A stretch of 64,000 nt of DNA, from NCBI GenBank assembly GCA_017938435.1, contig JAGBBO010000006.1:8945-72944 (forward strand), in the 5' to 3' direction. This document shows positions 1-10,256 of the stretch, one piece after another. Position numbers and translations under genes: made by a program. The notes under the pieces are model-generated. The model searched no databases. It had not been told where the DNA came from and saw only the letters and a list, made by a program, of their open reading frames with translations. Source of the stretch: Alphaproteobacteria bacterium (GTDB lineage: Bacteria; Pseudomonadota; Alphaproteobacteria; Rs-D84; CACZYB01). Positions within the stretch are counted from its first letter, which is position 1, and every line of letters begins with the position of its first letter.

Positions 1-49
1 ATCAGGGCTTTGTGTTTTATCTCAGAATGCAACCGCGAAACTTCCTAAT

Positions 50-1867
50 GTGATTTATGCACAAGATGTAAAAAATTATAAAAAAATTTTTGAACTTCAA
101 GAAAAAGGAAGATTTAAAGAAGCTGATAAGGTTATTAAAGATATAAAAAACGATATATTGATGGGGTATGTATTACACCAAAGGTATATGAGCCCTTATT
201 ATAAAACTCCATTCAAAGAAGTGAAAGAATGGCTTTTAAAATATTACGATATGCCTAGTGCAAATGATATTTATAAACTTGGACTTCAAAAAGGTGCTAA
301 AAAAGAACTTAGAAGACCTAAAAAAGAAGCTAGACGAACTCAATATTTTAATGATGACTATAAAAGTGCTTATCAAATGATTCAATATTCGTATAGACAT
401 CTTCCAAAAAAAGAAAGAAATGAAGTTAATTATATGCTTAAAATTTTTAACAATAGATTGAAGCGTGGATATACAAAAAATGCTAGACAGATTTTGGAAA
501 ACCCAAACAGCAAAAAATATTTTGCAAGAAATGATTATTTAAGAATGGAAGCATATCTTGCCTTTACATACTTTTTAAACAATGAAGATGATATGGCTAT
601 ACTTTGGGCAAGAGAACCTGCTGAACAAATTAATTTTTACCTTGCAAACTGGACACTTGGTCTTGTATATTGGAGGCAAGGCGATTATATAAAGTCTAGG
701 GACTATTTTAAAAATATTGCATTCACAAAACAAGTTCCAGTAGATATGCTTACGGCTAGTGCATATTGGGCATACCGTGCAAATGAAAAAATTGATGATG
801 AAGAATTAAAAGATGATGGCGATATATTCCTTGAAACCGCATCAAGTTATCCAAAAACTTTTTATGGAATATTGGCAACCAAAAAATTAAATAGAAATTG
901 GGAAATTGAATGGGAAGAACCTTTGCTTACCATCCAAAATGCAAGGGAAATCAGTTCGTGGCAAGGTGGAATTCGTGCACTTGCTTTGCTTCAACTTGAT
1001 ATGAAAGAGGAAGCAAGTCAGGAGTTAAAGTTTTTGATAAACACTGCAAATAATGATTATTCTGATGATCTTATCAATGCTGTGTTGGCAGTTGCTGAAA
1101 TTTCAAATATGCCTCATCTTTCTATAAATGTTGCAAATTATATTAAACAATATGCAGATAATACGACTTTTGCAACTTGTACTTATCCAACTATTGATAT
1201 TGAATTAAAAGAGGGATGGAGCGTGGATAAGGCTTTGGTAAATGCTCTTATTAGACAAGAATCAAGATTTAATCCAAAGGCAAAATCCAATGCTGGGGCG
1301 CGTGGATTGATGCAAATTATGCCTGCAACTGCTTCATTTATTATGAGAGATTCATCTCTTAGAAAAAAACAAAAATCTAAACTTTTTGAAGAAGAACTTA
1401 ATCTTAAAATTGGTCAGATGTATATTGAATATTTGCTTTCATCACCTATAATAAATGGAAATCTATTCAAATTCTTGGTTGCATATAATGCTGGACCTGG
1501 AAACCTTAAACGACAAATGGATAGAATAAATAATCCTGATGATGACCCTTTGTTTTTTATTGAATCCATTAACCTTAAAGAAACAAGAATTTATGTTGAA
1601 CGCGTTATGGCGAACTTTTGGATTTACAGAAATAAATTAAATCAAACTTCGGAATCTTTGGATGATGTTATAAACAATATGTGGCCTATTTATATAAGCA
1701 AAGGTGATATTCCTATAAATAAATATACAAATGAAGAAATTGAATATTTAGAGGATTTCCTTGAAGACAAAGAAAAAGAAAATATCGAAGAAGAGGAATC
1801 TGAAAACAATACTGAAAATAATTTAGAAAATGGGAATATGTCCGATATGGAAAATCCTGAAATATAA
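50..1867 (+). CDS. slt: Soluble lytic murein transglycosylase (Slt family). The reading frame is open to position 2, so the gene may start upstream of the window; the first in-window start is GTG at 50
   Basis: Catalytic SLT motif region ...ALIRQESRFNPKAKSNAGARGLMQIMPATA... in the C-terminal third, with a long alpha-helical superhelical N-terminal region typical of Slt70. No in-frame stop between position 2 and 50. Confidence 0.8.
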   Translation: MIYAQDVKNYKKIFELQEKGRFKEADKVIKDIKNDILMGYVLHQRYMSPYYKTPFKEVKEWLLKYYDMPSANDIYKLGLQKGAKKELRRPKKEARRTQYFNDDYKSAYQMIQYSYRHLPKKERNEVNYMLKIFNNRLKRGYTKNARQILENPNSKKYFARNDYLRMEAYLAFTYFLNNEDDMAILWAREPAEQINFYLANWTLGLVYWRQGDYIKSRDYFKNIAFTKQVPVDMLTASAYWAYRANEKIDDEELKDDGDIFLETASSYPKTFYGILATKKLNRNWEIEWEEPLLTIQNAREISSWQGGIRALALLQLDMKEEASQELKFLINTANNDYSDDLINAVLAVAEISNMPHLSINVANYIKQYADNTTFATCTYPTIDIELKEGWSVDKALVNALIRQESRFNPKAKSNAGARGLMQIMPATASFIMRDSSLRKKQKSKLFEEELNLKIGQMYIEYLLSSPIINGNLFKFLVAYNAGPGNLKRQMDRINNPDDDPLFFIESINLKETRIYVERVMANFWIYRNKLNQTSESLDDVINNMWPIYISKGDIPINKYTNEEIEYLEDFLEDKEKENIEEEESENNTENNLENGNMSDMENPEI

Positions 1868-1875
1868 GAGTATCT

Positions 1876-2535
1876 ATGGTTAGAATAAATAAAGTTAAAC
1901 AAATTTCATTTGATATTGAAAAATCATTTATGCAAAGTGATGATGACATCATTCTTGGTGTTGATGAGGCTGGGCGTGGATGTTTGGTTGGACCTGTTGT
2001 TGCTGGGTGTTGTTGGATAAATCAAAATAAATTCCCTTATGAAATACTTTGCAAGATTGATGATTCAAAAAAAATTTCTGAAAAAAACAGGGAAGATATT
2101 TTTCAAAAATTATCTACACTACCTGATGATGTTTTTATGTTTGAATATGATGCTGTATCATCAAATGTAATTGATGAAATAAATATTTTACAAGCATCGT
2201 TGTTGGCAATGAAAAACGCGTATGAAAAACTTTTACCAAGATTTAAAAAATTACCAAAAATAACATTGGTTGATGGGAACAAAGCTCCTCTTATTACCCC
2301 ATGTCATACGGTTATTTCTGGGGATGCAAAATCTTATTCCATTGCTGCAGCATCTATTGTTGCAAAGGTTATGAAAGATAGACTTTTAAACGAAATAGGT
2401 AAAGATTTTCCGGAATACGAATTTGATAAAAATAAAGGATATGGAACGAAATCACATCTTGAAGCATTAGAAAAATATGGCATAACAAAATACCATAGAA
2501 AAACTTATGCTCCTGTAAAAAAATATATTAAATAA
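1876..2535 (+). CDS. rnhB: Ribonuclease HII
   Basis: N-terminal GVDEAGRGCLVGPVVAG motif (the DEAGRG active-site signature of RNase HII). 219 aa is the typical length. Confidence 0.9.
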   Translation: MVRINKVKQISFDIEKSFMQSDDDIILGVDEAGRGCLVGPVVAGCCWINQNKFPYEILCKIDDSKKISEKNREDIFQKLSTLPDDVFMFEYDAVSSNVIDEINILQASLLAMKNAYEKLLPRFKKLPKITLVDGNKAPLITPCHTVISGDAKSYSIAAASIVAKVMKDRLLNEIGKDFPEYEFDKNKGYGTKSHLEALEKYGITKYHRKTYAPVKKYIK

Positions 2536-5500
2536 TTTCATCAAATTTCAAATCATTTATCCATAAAATTGCAGTATGAATTTTTTTATTTGGATAAATT
2601 TGAGTAAGTGCATCCTTGTATTTATAAAGTTGCTTTTTATAAGACAATGGCATTTTATCGGTTGCTTTATCAGTTTTATAATCAATAATCCAAATATCGT
2701 TATTATAAAAAACGACCTTGTCCACACGCAAAATTTTAGAAATATTATTTTCTGATGTGATAATTTCGGTTTCGCTTAGACTATTTCCATTAAAAATAAA
2801 ATTATATTTTGGATTTTGGTAAAGTTCTAAAACATTATTTTTTAACAGATCGACATCTTGAAATTTTGAATTAAATTTTTCATATCTTGAAATTTCAAAA
2901 TCTATAAACTTTTCTATATCATCAATTTTATTTTTTGAAAGATGTTCCAAAATTTTATGAATAAATTTTCCACGAGAAAGTGATGTATCTGTTTCATTAT
3001 TTTGCAATGGAGATTTAGGTTCTATCTCAATATTTTTCTTATTTATATCATCAATTTTCTCGTTAAAAAATTGTGGCAAAATATTATTTTTCTTTGTTGC
3101 AAGAACAGGAGAATTAGATAAAATTCCATTTTCTTTTTCACCTAAAACTAAAGCCTTGTCTTCTGTAAAAATATCATTTGCAAAAATTATTGCATCATCA
3201 TTTTCTGATTTAGTTTTAATGTTTTCAAGCAAACTTTCTTTTATACAAGAATACCAACTTTTTTCATTGCCTTCCTTTTTATTTTCTGCACCAAGGACAT
3301 ATAATCTATCCCTTGCTCGGGTCATTGCAACATATAAAAGTCGATAAAACTCCTCTTGGTTTGCTCTTTTATTTACAGCATAAATATTTTCAAAATAATT
3401 AGATATATTCTGGAAACCACTAACTTTATACATTGGAAAATCTTCGGACCAAATAATTCTATCTTTTGAAGAAGATAATGTTGCATTTGCATTGTATAAA
3501 AATACGATTGGTGCTTCTAATCCTTTTGAACTATGCACTGTCATAATTCTAACGGTATTATTTACTTGCTCCATATTGCGTTTAATTTCGACATCATTTA
3601 ATGAAAACCATTCATAAAAATCTGATAATGATTTTCCAAGTTTTAAATTATCGTATGAAAGACATTGAGATAGAAAACCATTTAAAATATCAATAACTTC
3701 TATACCAAGACGAGAAATAAAATTACTGCGTTTATTTTGAACTTTTAATACATAATCAAAAAATTCAAATGGTAGAGTCTTTTTAGAAAAAGAAACAAGA
3801 TGTTTTAAATCATCAGCAATATCTTTATATTTTTCATTTTCGCAAATAACTTCGAATAATGTTTTATCCTTTCTATCATAACAAAGGGTAAATAAATCAT
3901 CATCGGTTAAATTATAAAGTGGTGATTTTAAAACTTCGGCTAGTGATAAATCGTCATAATTAAATAAAACAAATTTCAAAAGGGAAATTAAATCTTCTAC
4001 TGCAATATTATCACTTAAAGAAAGTTTATCACGACCAGCTAAAGGAATATTGTATGTAAGTAAAGCCTTTGTAATATTATCCGCAAATTTACGGGTTCTT
4101 ACCAAAATCATAATATCTTTTGGCTCAATTTTCCTTATGTATTTTTGACCATCCTTTACACCATCAGAAATATATTCATTATCCAAAAGATAACGAATTT
4201 TTTTAGCCAAGACATTTGCCATTTCAATACTTGAATTAAAGACTGTAATATTTTCAACAGGCGGCTTAAAACAATTTTCTGTTTTATCTTTGATTTGTTT
4301 AATAAGAGGCATTACTTCGACATAGCCATCACTATCATTTCTGTTCGGAATATGTTCAATTTTTTCGTCTGGAAGAAGGACCCCTTCTGAATTTTTAATA
4401 ACATCATCAACTGTATTCAAAATATTTTTGCATGAACGGAATGAAAGATTTAATGGCAAATCATAGAATGGATAATTTTGACTTGTAATTTTTTCTTTAA
4501 AATGTTGTTTGTATTTCTCAAATAATTTGATATTTGCACCCTGGAAACTGAAAATAGATTGTTTTCTATCACCAACAGAAAAAAGACTTTTTACATTCTT
4601 TTCAGTCGAGCCAGTTGTAAAAAATTCCTCTGTTAATTTATCAACAATTTTCCATTGAATAGGTGAAGTATCTTGTGCTTCATCAATTAAAATATGTGAT
4701 ATTCCACCATCAAGTTTATATAAAATCCATGAACTGATATTTTCACGATCAAAAAGTTTTTTTACAGTTGTAATCAAATCGGTGAAATCCATTACACCGC
4801 GTTTCTTTTTTAAATTATCATAGATGTGATTAAGGGTTAATCCAAAATCCAAAACGGCACTTGTTGCTTTGAATACCTTAACTGAATTTATAAAACTTAT
4901 AGATTGAAATAGTCGTTCACTTTCCCTTGAAATATCATCAACAAAACTTGGATTTGCAAGAATTGATTTTTTATTTAATATACAATCTTTTGGAATAGAA
5001 TTATCTGCATTTAACAAAAGAGTTTTGTATATATCAAATTTATTTTCAACATTATCTGATGATAAAAATGCAGAAATGATATCAAGTTTTTTTGCAGATG
5101 TTTTTCCATTATCAAGTAGGAAAAGTCGTTTTAATTCATCAATAAATCCATCGGGAATATGTGAAAGAACATTTGTTTTGAATGCAACTTCATCATCAAT
5201 AAAACTATCTATTGCAAAAGGAAATGTATTAAATATTTTTTTCTTTAATTCTGAAATAATACCGTCCTTTGTTTTATATTTTGATAAAAGTTCAATAAAG
5301 TGTTCACGACCATTTATTATACTTTCAATCATAGAATCAAAATCACTTTCCGGTGTGTTTTTCATCAAATAATCAAAACTTTTAAACACATCAAGATAGT
5401 CAATATTTTTATCACTTTTCAATGTGTGAATAAGTTTTTGATATGCTTCGTTTAATAAAATTTTTACATCAGAATCTTCAATAATTTTAAAATGAGGAGT

Positions 5501-5929
5501 AATGCCCGCCTCTATTGGAAAACGTTTTAAAACAGATTGGCAAAAGGCATGGATTGTATAAATTTTTAATGGAATTGGATTATCAATAAGTTTTGAAAAA
5601 AGTTTTCTTGCCTTTAAAAATAAATTATCAAAATCTATATTTTTATCAGTTTCATCCAATAGTTTTGTTAAATCCGTTTTTAATTCTTCATCTGAAATGA
5701 TAGCCCAATCCCTAGCCTTTTTATAAATACGATTTTGCATTTCAATCGCACCGGCATTTGTGTATGTAAGACATAGCACTTTGCTTGGATCGACATCATT
5801 TAAAAAAAGTCGCAAAAGTCTATTGATAAGAACAGTTGTTTTTCCAGTTCCAGCACTAGCCGACACCCAAACTGATAATTTGGGATTTGATGCTATTTTT
5901 TGATTTTCCAAAGATTGTTCTTTTTCCAT
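2528..5929 (-). CDS. addA: ATP-dependent helicase/nuclease AddA (alphaproteobacterial type: UvrD-like helicase with a C-terminal PD-(D/E)xK nuclease)
   Basis: N-terminal Walker A SASAGTGKTTVL (UvrD/Rep superfamily 1). Length 1133 aa, with a C-terminal ...IIDYKTDK... nuclease motif. No addB is adjacent. Confidence 0.8.
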   Translation of the reverse strand: MEKEQSLENQKIASNPKLSVWVSASAGTGKTTVLINRLLRLFLNDVDPSKVLCLTYTNAGAIEMQNRIYKKARDWAIISDEELKTDLTKLLDETDKNIDFDNLFLKARKLFSKLIDNPIPLKIYTIHAFCQSVLKRFPIEAGITPHFKIIEDSDVKILLNEAYQKLIHTLKSDKNIDYLDVFKSFDYLMKNTPESDFDSMIESIINGREHFIELLSKYKTKDGIISELKKKIFNTFPFAIDSFIDDEVAFKTNVLSHIPDGFIDELKRLFLLDNGKTSAKKLDIISAFLSSDNVENKFDIYKTLLLNADNSIPKDCILNKKSILANPSFVDDISRESERLFQSISFINSVKVFKATSAVLDFGLTLNHIYDNLKKKRGVMDFTDLITTVKKLFDRENISSWILYKLDGGISHILIDEAQDTSPIQWKIVDKLTEEFFTTGSTEKNVKSLFSVGDRKQSIFSFQGANIKLFEKYKQHFKEKITSQNYPFYDLPLNLSFRSCKNILNTVDDVIKNSEGVLLPDEKIEHIPNRNDSDGYVEVMPLIKQIKDKTENCFKPPVENITVFNSSIEMANVLAKKIRYLLDNEYISDGVKDGQKYIRKIEPKDIMILVRTRKFADNITKALLTYNIPLAGRDKLSLSDNIAVEDLISLLKFVLFNYDDLSLAEVLKSPLYNLTDDDLFTLCYDRKDKTLFEVICENEKYKDIADDLKHLVSFSKKTLPFEFFDYVLKVQNKRSNFISRLGIEVIDILNGFLSQCLSYDNLKLGKSLSDFYEWFSLNDVEIKRNMEQVNNTVRIMTVHSSKGLEAPIVFLYNANATLSSSKDRIIWSEDFPMYKVSGFQNISNYFENIYAVNKRANQEEFYRLLYVAMTRARDRLYVLGAENKKEGNEKSWYSCIKESLLENIKTKSENDDAIIFANDIFTEDKALVLGEKENGILSNSPVLATKKNNILPQFFNEKIDDINKKNIEIEPKSPLQNNETDTSLSRGKFIHKILEHLSKNKIDDIEKFIDFEISRYEKFNSKFQDVDLLKNNVLELYQNPKYNFIFNGNSLSETEIITSENNISKILRVDKVVFYNNDIWIIDYKTDKATDKMPLSYKKQLYKYKDALTQIYPNKKIHTAILWINDLKFDEII

Positions 5930-5932
5930 CTA

Positions 5933-6349
5933 TTATCTATCTGGTTCAGAAATTATTTTTGTAATTTTAAGAGGTGTTTTACTATTATGTTTGTCTTTTT
6001 TAACATCTTCATCCATATCTTTAAAAACTTGCTTTATATCTTCAGAAATTTTTTTTCTTTCTTCTTTTTTTATTTCTGCCATCATTTCACGCAAACCATC
6101 AAGTTGCTTTTCTCCAAAATGTTCATTTTTTTTAGGTTTTGGTGAAGACTTTTTAAAATCACGATATTCTTTTTGAAGTTGCAATCCAGCCTCCCAAAAA
6201 GATTTTGCCTCGCCACTTTGAACACGAATATCAGCAAAATCGATATACATATTGAGAATATCCCCCTCTGCATGACGGAAAAGGTTTCTTATAATATTAA
6301 GTTTTTGATCATAAGTTAAATTTTCGTATTCTGTTAAGTTTTCTTTCAT
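5933..6349 (-). CDS. Hypothetical protein, 138 aa, Lys/Glu-rich, 4 bp upstream of addA
   Basis: ORF with coding-like composition and tight spacing to addA. No confident family assignment. Confidence 0.4.
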   Translation of the reverse strand: MKENLTEYENLTYDQKLNIIRNLFRHAEGDILNMYIDFADIRVQSGEAKSFWEAGLQLQKEYRDFKKSSPKPKKNEHFGEKQLDGLREMMAEIKKEERKKISEDIKQVFKDMDEDVKKDKHNSKTPLKITKIISEPDR

Positions 6350-6444
6350 AATAAACTCCTTTGCGTTGGATTATATAAAATAATTATAGCACAAAATAAA
6401 AAAATATGCTATACTATTTTTATAAAGAATGAGAGGGGTAAAAA

Positions 6445-8835
6445 ATGCAAAAACAATTAACAAATCAAAAATATTTAAAAGAAAGACTTAACTTTTTTCT
6501 AACTGAAACAACAAATAAAACTCCACGCAATGCATCTGTAAAAGATTGGTATGTTGCATTCGTTAATATGATTAACGACGAACTTGTCGATATGGCGGAT
6601 ATTACCGAACACAATATTCTTAACGGAAAGAATAAAGTTATGGCATATCTTTCCATGGAATATTTGATTGGAAAACTTTCAAATCAAACTCTTTTGAATA
6701 TGGAAGTTAAAGAAAGTTTTAGAAAAGTTTTTGCATCGTTTGGTGTTGATTTAGAAAAGGTTTTAGCATTGGAACCTTCTACACAACTTGGAAATGGTGG
6801 ATTGGGACGACTTGCTGCATGTTTTTTTGATTCACTTGCAACACTTTCTTATCCTGCTTTTGGTTATGGACTTTTGTATAGATGCGGAATTTATAAACAA
6901 CTTATAAAAGATGGAAAACAAGTAGAAGTTCCTGATTTATGGATTGAAAAACAAAATGTTGCCTTGGATAAAAGAAAAGATATCTCTTATGAAATAGGTT
7001 TTGGTGGAAAATTAAAATCTGCATCAAAATTGGAAGATATGGAATGGATTCCAAATGAAAAAATTAAAACTTTTGCAAATGATATTTTGTTTGCTGGATA
7101 TGGTAATGAAAATGTTTTAAGAATACGACTTTGGGAAGCAGAGAGAAAAGATAAATCATCACCTGATTTGAAAAAAAATATTACAAATATAACAGACTTT
7201 TTATACCCACCTGATGGAACAGAAGATGGAAAAAGACTTAGACTTAGACAAGAATATTTACTTACTTCTGCATCAATCCAAGATTTGTTTGAAAGGTTTA
7301 AGAAAACAAAACTTGATATATCAGAAATTGATAAGTTTTTGGCTGTGCAATTAAATGATACACACCCTACTTTGGCGATACCTGAAATAATAAGAATTTT
7401 AATGAAAGATTATAATTTTTCTTATGATGAAGCGTATAAAAAAATGTATAATATTTGCGCATATACAAATCATACTCTTCTTGCAGAAGCATTGGAAAAA
7501 ATTGGTATTGATTTGTTTAAATCAGAACTTCCTTATCACTTTGCAATAATAGAGAAAATAAATTCTGATTTTATGGAAATAGCAAGACAAACAGTGGCGG
7601 ATTTTAAACTAAATAATCTTGAAATAGTAAATTACAAATATGGATATATTAACTGTGGAAATCTTTGTATCGTCGCTACACACAAAGTAAATGGTGTTGC
7701 CGCACTTCATTCGAAACTTTTGAAAAGAAAAGAATTTCCATTGTTTAATGAACTTTTTCCAAGAAAATTTATAAATGAAACAAATGGTATAACTCAACGA
7801 AAGTGGCTTTTGGAAACAAATCCAAAACTTTCAAATTTAATTACCAAAAATATTGGTGATGAATGGATTACAAATTTGCCTCATCTTAGAAAACTTTTGA
7901 AATATAAAAATGATTCAAATTTTTTGGATAAATGGCAAAAGGTTAAGTATGAAAATAAATTGGATTTAATGAATCTTATAAAAGATGATTTAGGTTTAAA
8001 ACTTTCACCTGATTTTATGGTAGATTCACAAATAAAGCGTATGCATGAATACAAAAGGCAATTCCTTAATATTCTTCAAGTAATTGATAGATATAACAGA
8101 ATTGTTGATGGTGATATAGATGGTCTTCAACCTAAAATATATGTATTTGCAGGAAAGGCTCATCCAAACTATACCGTTGGAAAGGAGATAATTACCCTTA
8201 TCAATGATGTTGCAAAAGTTGTCAATAATGATAAACGCTGTAAAGACTTGCTTAAGGTTGTATTCATACCTAATTATAACATTGATAAAGCACAAATTAT
8301 AATTTCAGCAACCGAACTTAGTGAACAAATTTCAACAGCAGGAAAAGAAGCAAGTGGAACTGGAAATATGAAATTTACACTTAACGGTGCATTGACTATT
8401 GGAACTTTGGATGGTGCAAATGTTGAAATAAAAAATAAAGTTGGTAGAAAAAATATTTTCATATTTGGTCTTACTGCAAGAAAAGTTTACAACATAAAAG
8501 AACGAGGTTATGATGCACAAAATTTGTTTAATAAAAACCCAAGAATTCAAAGAATTATTCAACAAATTTTAACCGGTGCATTTTCAAATGGTGATACCGA
8601 AAGATACAAAAATTTGATGACTGCATTTTTCAATCACAATGATGAATATATGCTTCTTGCTGATTTCAATTCTTATGTAAAAACACAACTTGAAATTGAC
8701 AAGGCATACGAAAATCAAAAACTTTGGTGGAAAAAATCTGTTATAAATACTGCTAATTCTGGATTTTTCTCATCCGATAGGACAATAAAAAGTTATGCCA
8801 AAGATATTTGGAAAATTAAGGAAATAAAAGAGTAA
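6445..8835 (+). CDS. glgP: Glycogen/maltodextrin phosphorylase (GT35, PLP-dependent)
   Basis: Pyridoxal-phosphate lysine motif EASGTGNMKFTLNGALTIGTLDGANVEI. 796 aa. Upstream extended -10 (TGcTATACT) and GAGAGGGG ribosome-binding site. Confidence 0.9.
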   Translation: MQKQLTNQKYLKERLNFFLTETTNKTPRNASVKDWYVAFVNMINDELVDMADITEHNILNGKNKVMAYLSMEYLIGKLSNQTLLNMEVKESFRKVFASFGVDLEKVLALEPSTQLGNGGLGRLAACFFDSLATLSYPAFGYGLLYRCGIYKQLIKDGKQVEVPDLWIEKQNVALDKRKDISYEIGFGGKLKSASKLEDMEWIPNEKIKTFANDILFAGYGNENVLRIRLWEAERKDKSSPDLKKNITNITDFLYPPDGTEDGKRLRLRQEYLLTSASIQDLFERFKKTKLDISEIDKFLAVQLNDTHPTLAIPEIIRILMKDYNFSYDEAYKKMYNICAYTNHTLLAEALEKIGIDLFKSELPYHFAIIEKINSDFMEIARQTVADFKLNNLEIVNYKYGYINCGNLCIVATHKVNGVAALHSKLLKRKEFPLFNELFPRKFINETNGITQRKWLLETNPKLSNLITKNIGDEWITNLPHLRKLLKYKNDSNFLDKWQKVKYENKLDLMNLIKDDLGLKLSPDFMVDSQIKRMHEYKRQFLNILQVIDRYNRIVDGDIDGLQPKIYVFAGKAHPNYTVGKEIITLINDVAKVVNNDKRCKDLLKVVFIPNYNIDKAQIIISATELSEQISTAGKEASGTGNMKFTLNGALTIGTLDGANVEIKNKVGRKNIFIFGLTARKVYNIKERGYDAQNLFNKNPRIQRIIQQILTGAFSNGDTERYKNLMTAFFNHNDEYMLLADFNSYVKTQLEIDKAYENQKLWWKKSVINTANSGFFSSDRTIKSYAKDIWKIKEIKE

Positions 8836-8836
8836 A

Positions 8837-10150
8837 ATGAAAACAATAAATACTATTTTTGCACTTAGTTCAGCGTATGGTAAAGCTGGGGTTTCGGTTT
8901 TTCGAATCTCTGGGGAAAGTTCGTATGAAATACTTTCAACACTTTCAAATGGTAAAAAATTTCAACCTAATGTAATGAAATTTACAAATATTTATCACCC
9001 TAAAACTGGTATTTTACTTGATAGTTGTATGGCTGTATTTTTTAAAGGTCCTGCATCATATACTGGTGAAGATACTGTTGAACTTTACACACATGGAAGT
9101 ATTGCCGTTATTGATAGTATTTATGATGCCCTTTCACAATTTAAAAATGCACGACTTGCGGAAAAAGGAGAATTTACTAAAAAGGCATTTTTAAATAATA
9201 AACTTGATTTAACACAAGTAGAGGCGGTTGCTGATTTGATAGATGCAGAAACAGAATCACAACGAAAACTTGCACTTTCAAATACAAATGGTAATGCGTC
9301 AAAACTTTATAATTCATGGCGTGAAAGATTGGTAAAAATTCTTGCTTGGTGTGAGGCGTCGATTGATTTTTCTGATGATGAAATGCCAAAAGATGTAGTT
9401 CAAAAAAATGATAAAGATTTACAAAATTTAATTACTGAAATTGAAAAACATATAGAAACAGCAAATTCTGCACAGCTTATAAAACAAGGATTAAAGGTTG
9501 CGATTATTGGAAAACCAAATGTTGGAAAATCTTCGATATTTAATAAAATCATCGGTGAAAACAAAGCTATTGTTTCAAATATAGCCGGAACTACACGAGA
9601 TATTGTCGATGCAAGTTTGGATATTGATGGATTTAAGGTAAATATTTCCGATACGGCTGGACTTAATGAAAAAACAAACGACAGAATTGAAAAAAAAGGT
9701 ATAAAAAAAGCGATTGATACTGCAAAGAAAGCTGATATCAAAATTTATATGATTGATGGTATCCGTTCATTTAATGAAAATATGGTTGATGATGACACCA
9801 TTGTTTTATTTAACAAGATTGATAAAAAACAAGTTGCCAATATGCCAAAAAATATAATTCCTATTTCTGTGAAAAGTGGAGAAAATTGGAATAAGTTTTG
9901 GAATATTTTTACAAAAAAAATAAAATCAAAAATGCAAAATTCTGCGGATGTGACATTAACTCAACAAAGATATAAAAATGCCTTAAATAATTGTATTGAG
10001 TTTTTAAGAATGGCTATCAAAGAACAAGAAATAGATTTGAAGGCTGAAAATCTTAGATTGGCAAGTGATGAGATAGGAAGCATTACTGGAAAAATTTATT
10101 TCAATGAACTTTTGGATAAAATATTTTCATCTTTTTGTTTAGGAAAATAA
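8837..10150 (+). CDS. mnmE: tRNA modification GTPase MnmE (TrmE)
   Basis: G domain GKPNVGKSSIFN...DTAG and C-terminal ...CLGK tail (the CxGK motif of MnmE). Start is 2 nt after the glgP stop. Confidence 0.9.
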   Translation: MKTINTIFALSSAYGKAGVSVFRISGESSYEILSTLSNGKKFQPNVMKFTNIYHPKTGILLDSCMAVFFKGPASYTGEDTVELYTHGSIAVIDSIYDALSQFKNARLAEKGEFTKKAFLNNKLDLTQVEAVADLIDAETESQRKLALSNTNGNASKLYNSWRERLVKILAWCEASIDFSDDEMPKDVVQKNDKDLQNLITEIEKHIETANSAQLIKQGLKVAIIGKPNVGKSSIFNKIIGENKAIVSNIAGTTRDIVDASLDIDGFKVNISDTAGLNEKTNDRIEKKGIKKAIDTAKKADIKIYMIDGIRSFNENMVDDDTIVLFNKIDKKQVANMPKNIIPISVKSGENWNKFWNIFTKKIKSKMQNSADVTLTQQRYKNALNNCIEFLRMAIKEQEIDLKAENLRLASDEIGSITGKIYFNELLDKIFSSFCLGK

Positions 10151-10178
10151 AAAAAATTCCATATTACGAAAAATGGGA

Positions 10179-10250
10179 GGGAAAGAATCCACGACTAACT
10201 CTTTCCCATTGGGAGGGAAAAAGCACACGACAAAACTTTTTCCCATTATT
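10179..10250 (+). terminator. Two tandem hairpins (GGGAGGGAAAG-15 nt loop-CTTTCCC twice). The second is followed by ATTATTTTTT and is the likely mnmE terminator
   Basis: Direct reading shows gggagggaaag...ctctttccc and gggagggaaaaag...ctttttccc, then a T-run at 10247-10256. Confidence 0.5.
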
Positions 10251-10256
10251 TTTTCA

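Noticed and set aside
1690-1952. Small ORFs of 60-140 aa embedded in or antisense to the large conserved genes. Examples: 1690-1952, 3156-3347, 5025-5372, 5900-6176, 6465-6656, 7609-8565, 9177-9741, 10912-11142, 11837-13270, 20893-21078, 22178-22698, 28494-30584, 31205-31577, 40049-41743, 51036-52024, 59326-60159
   Set aside because: They lie wholly within or opposite genes with clear homology, have Phe/Ile/Leu/Ser-rich low-complexity translations typical of AT-rich antisense frames, and lack ribosome-binding sites.
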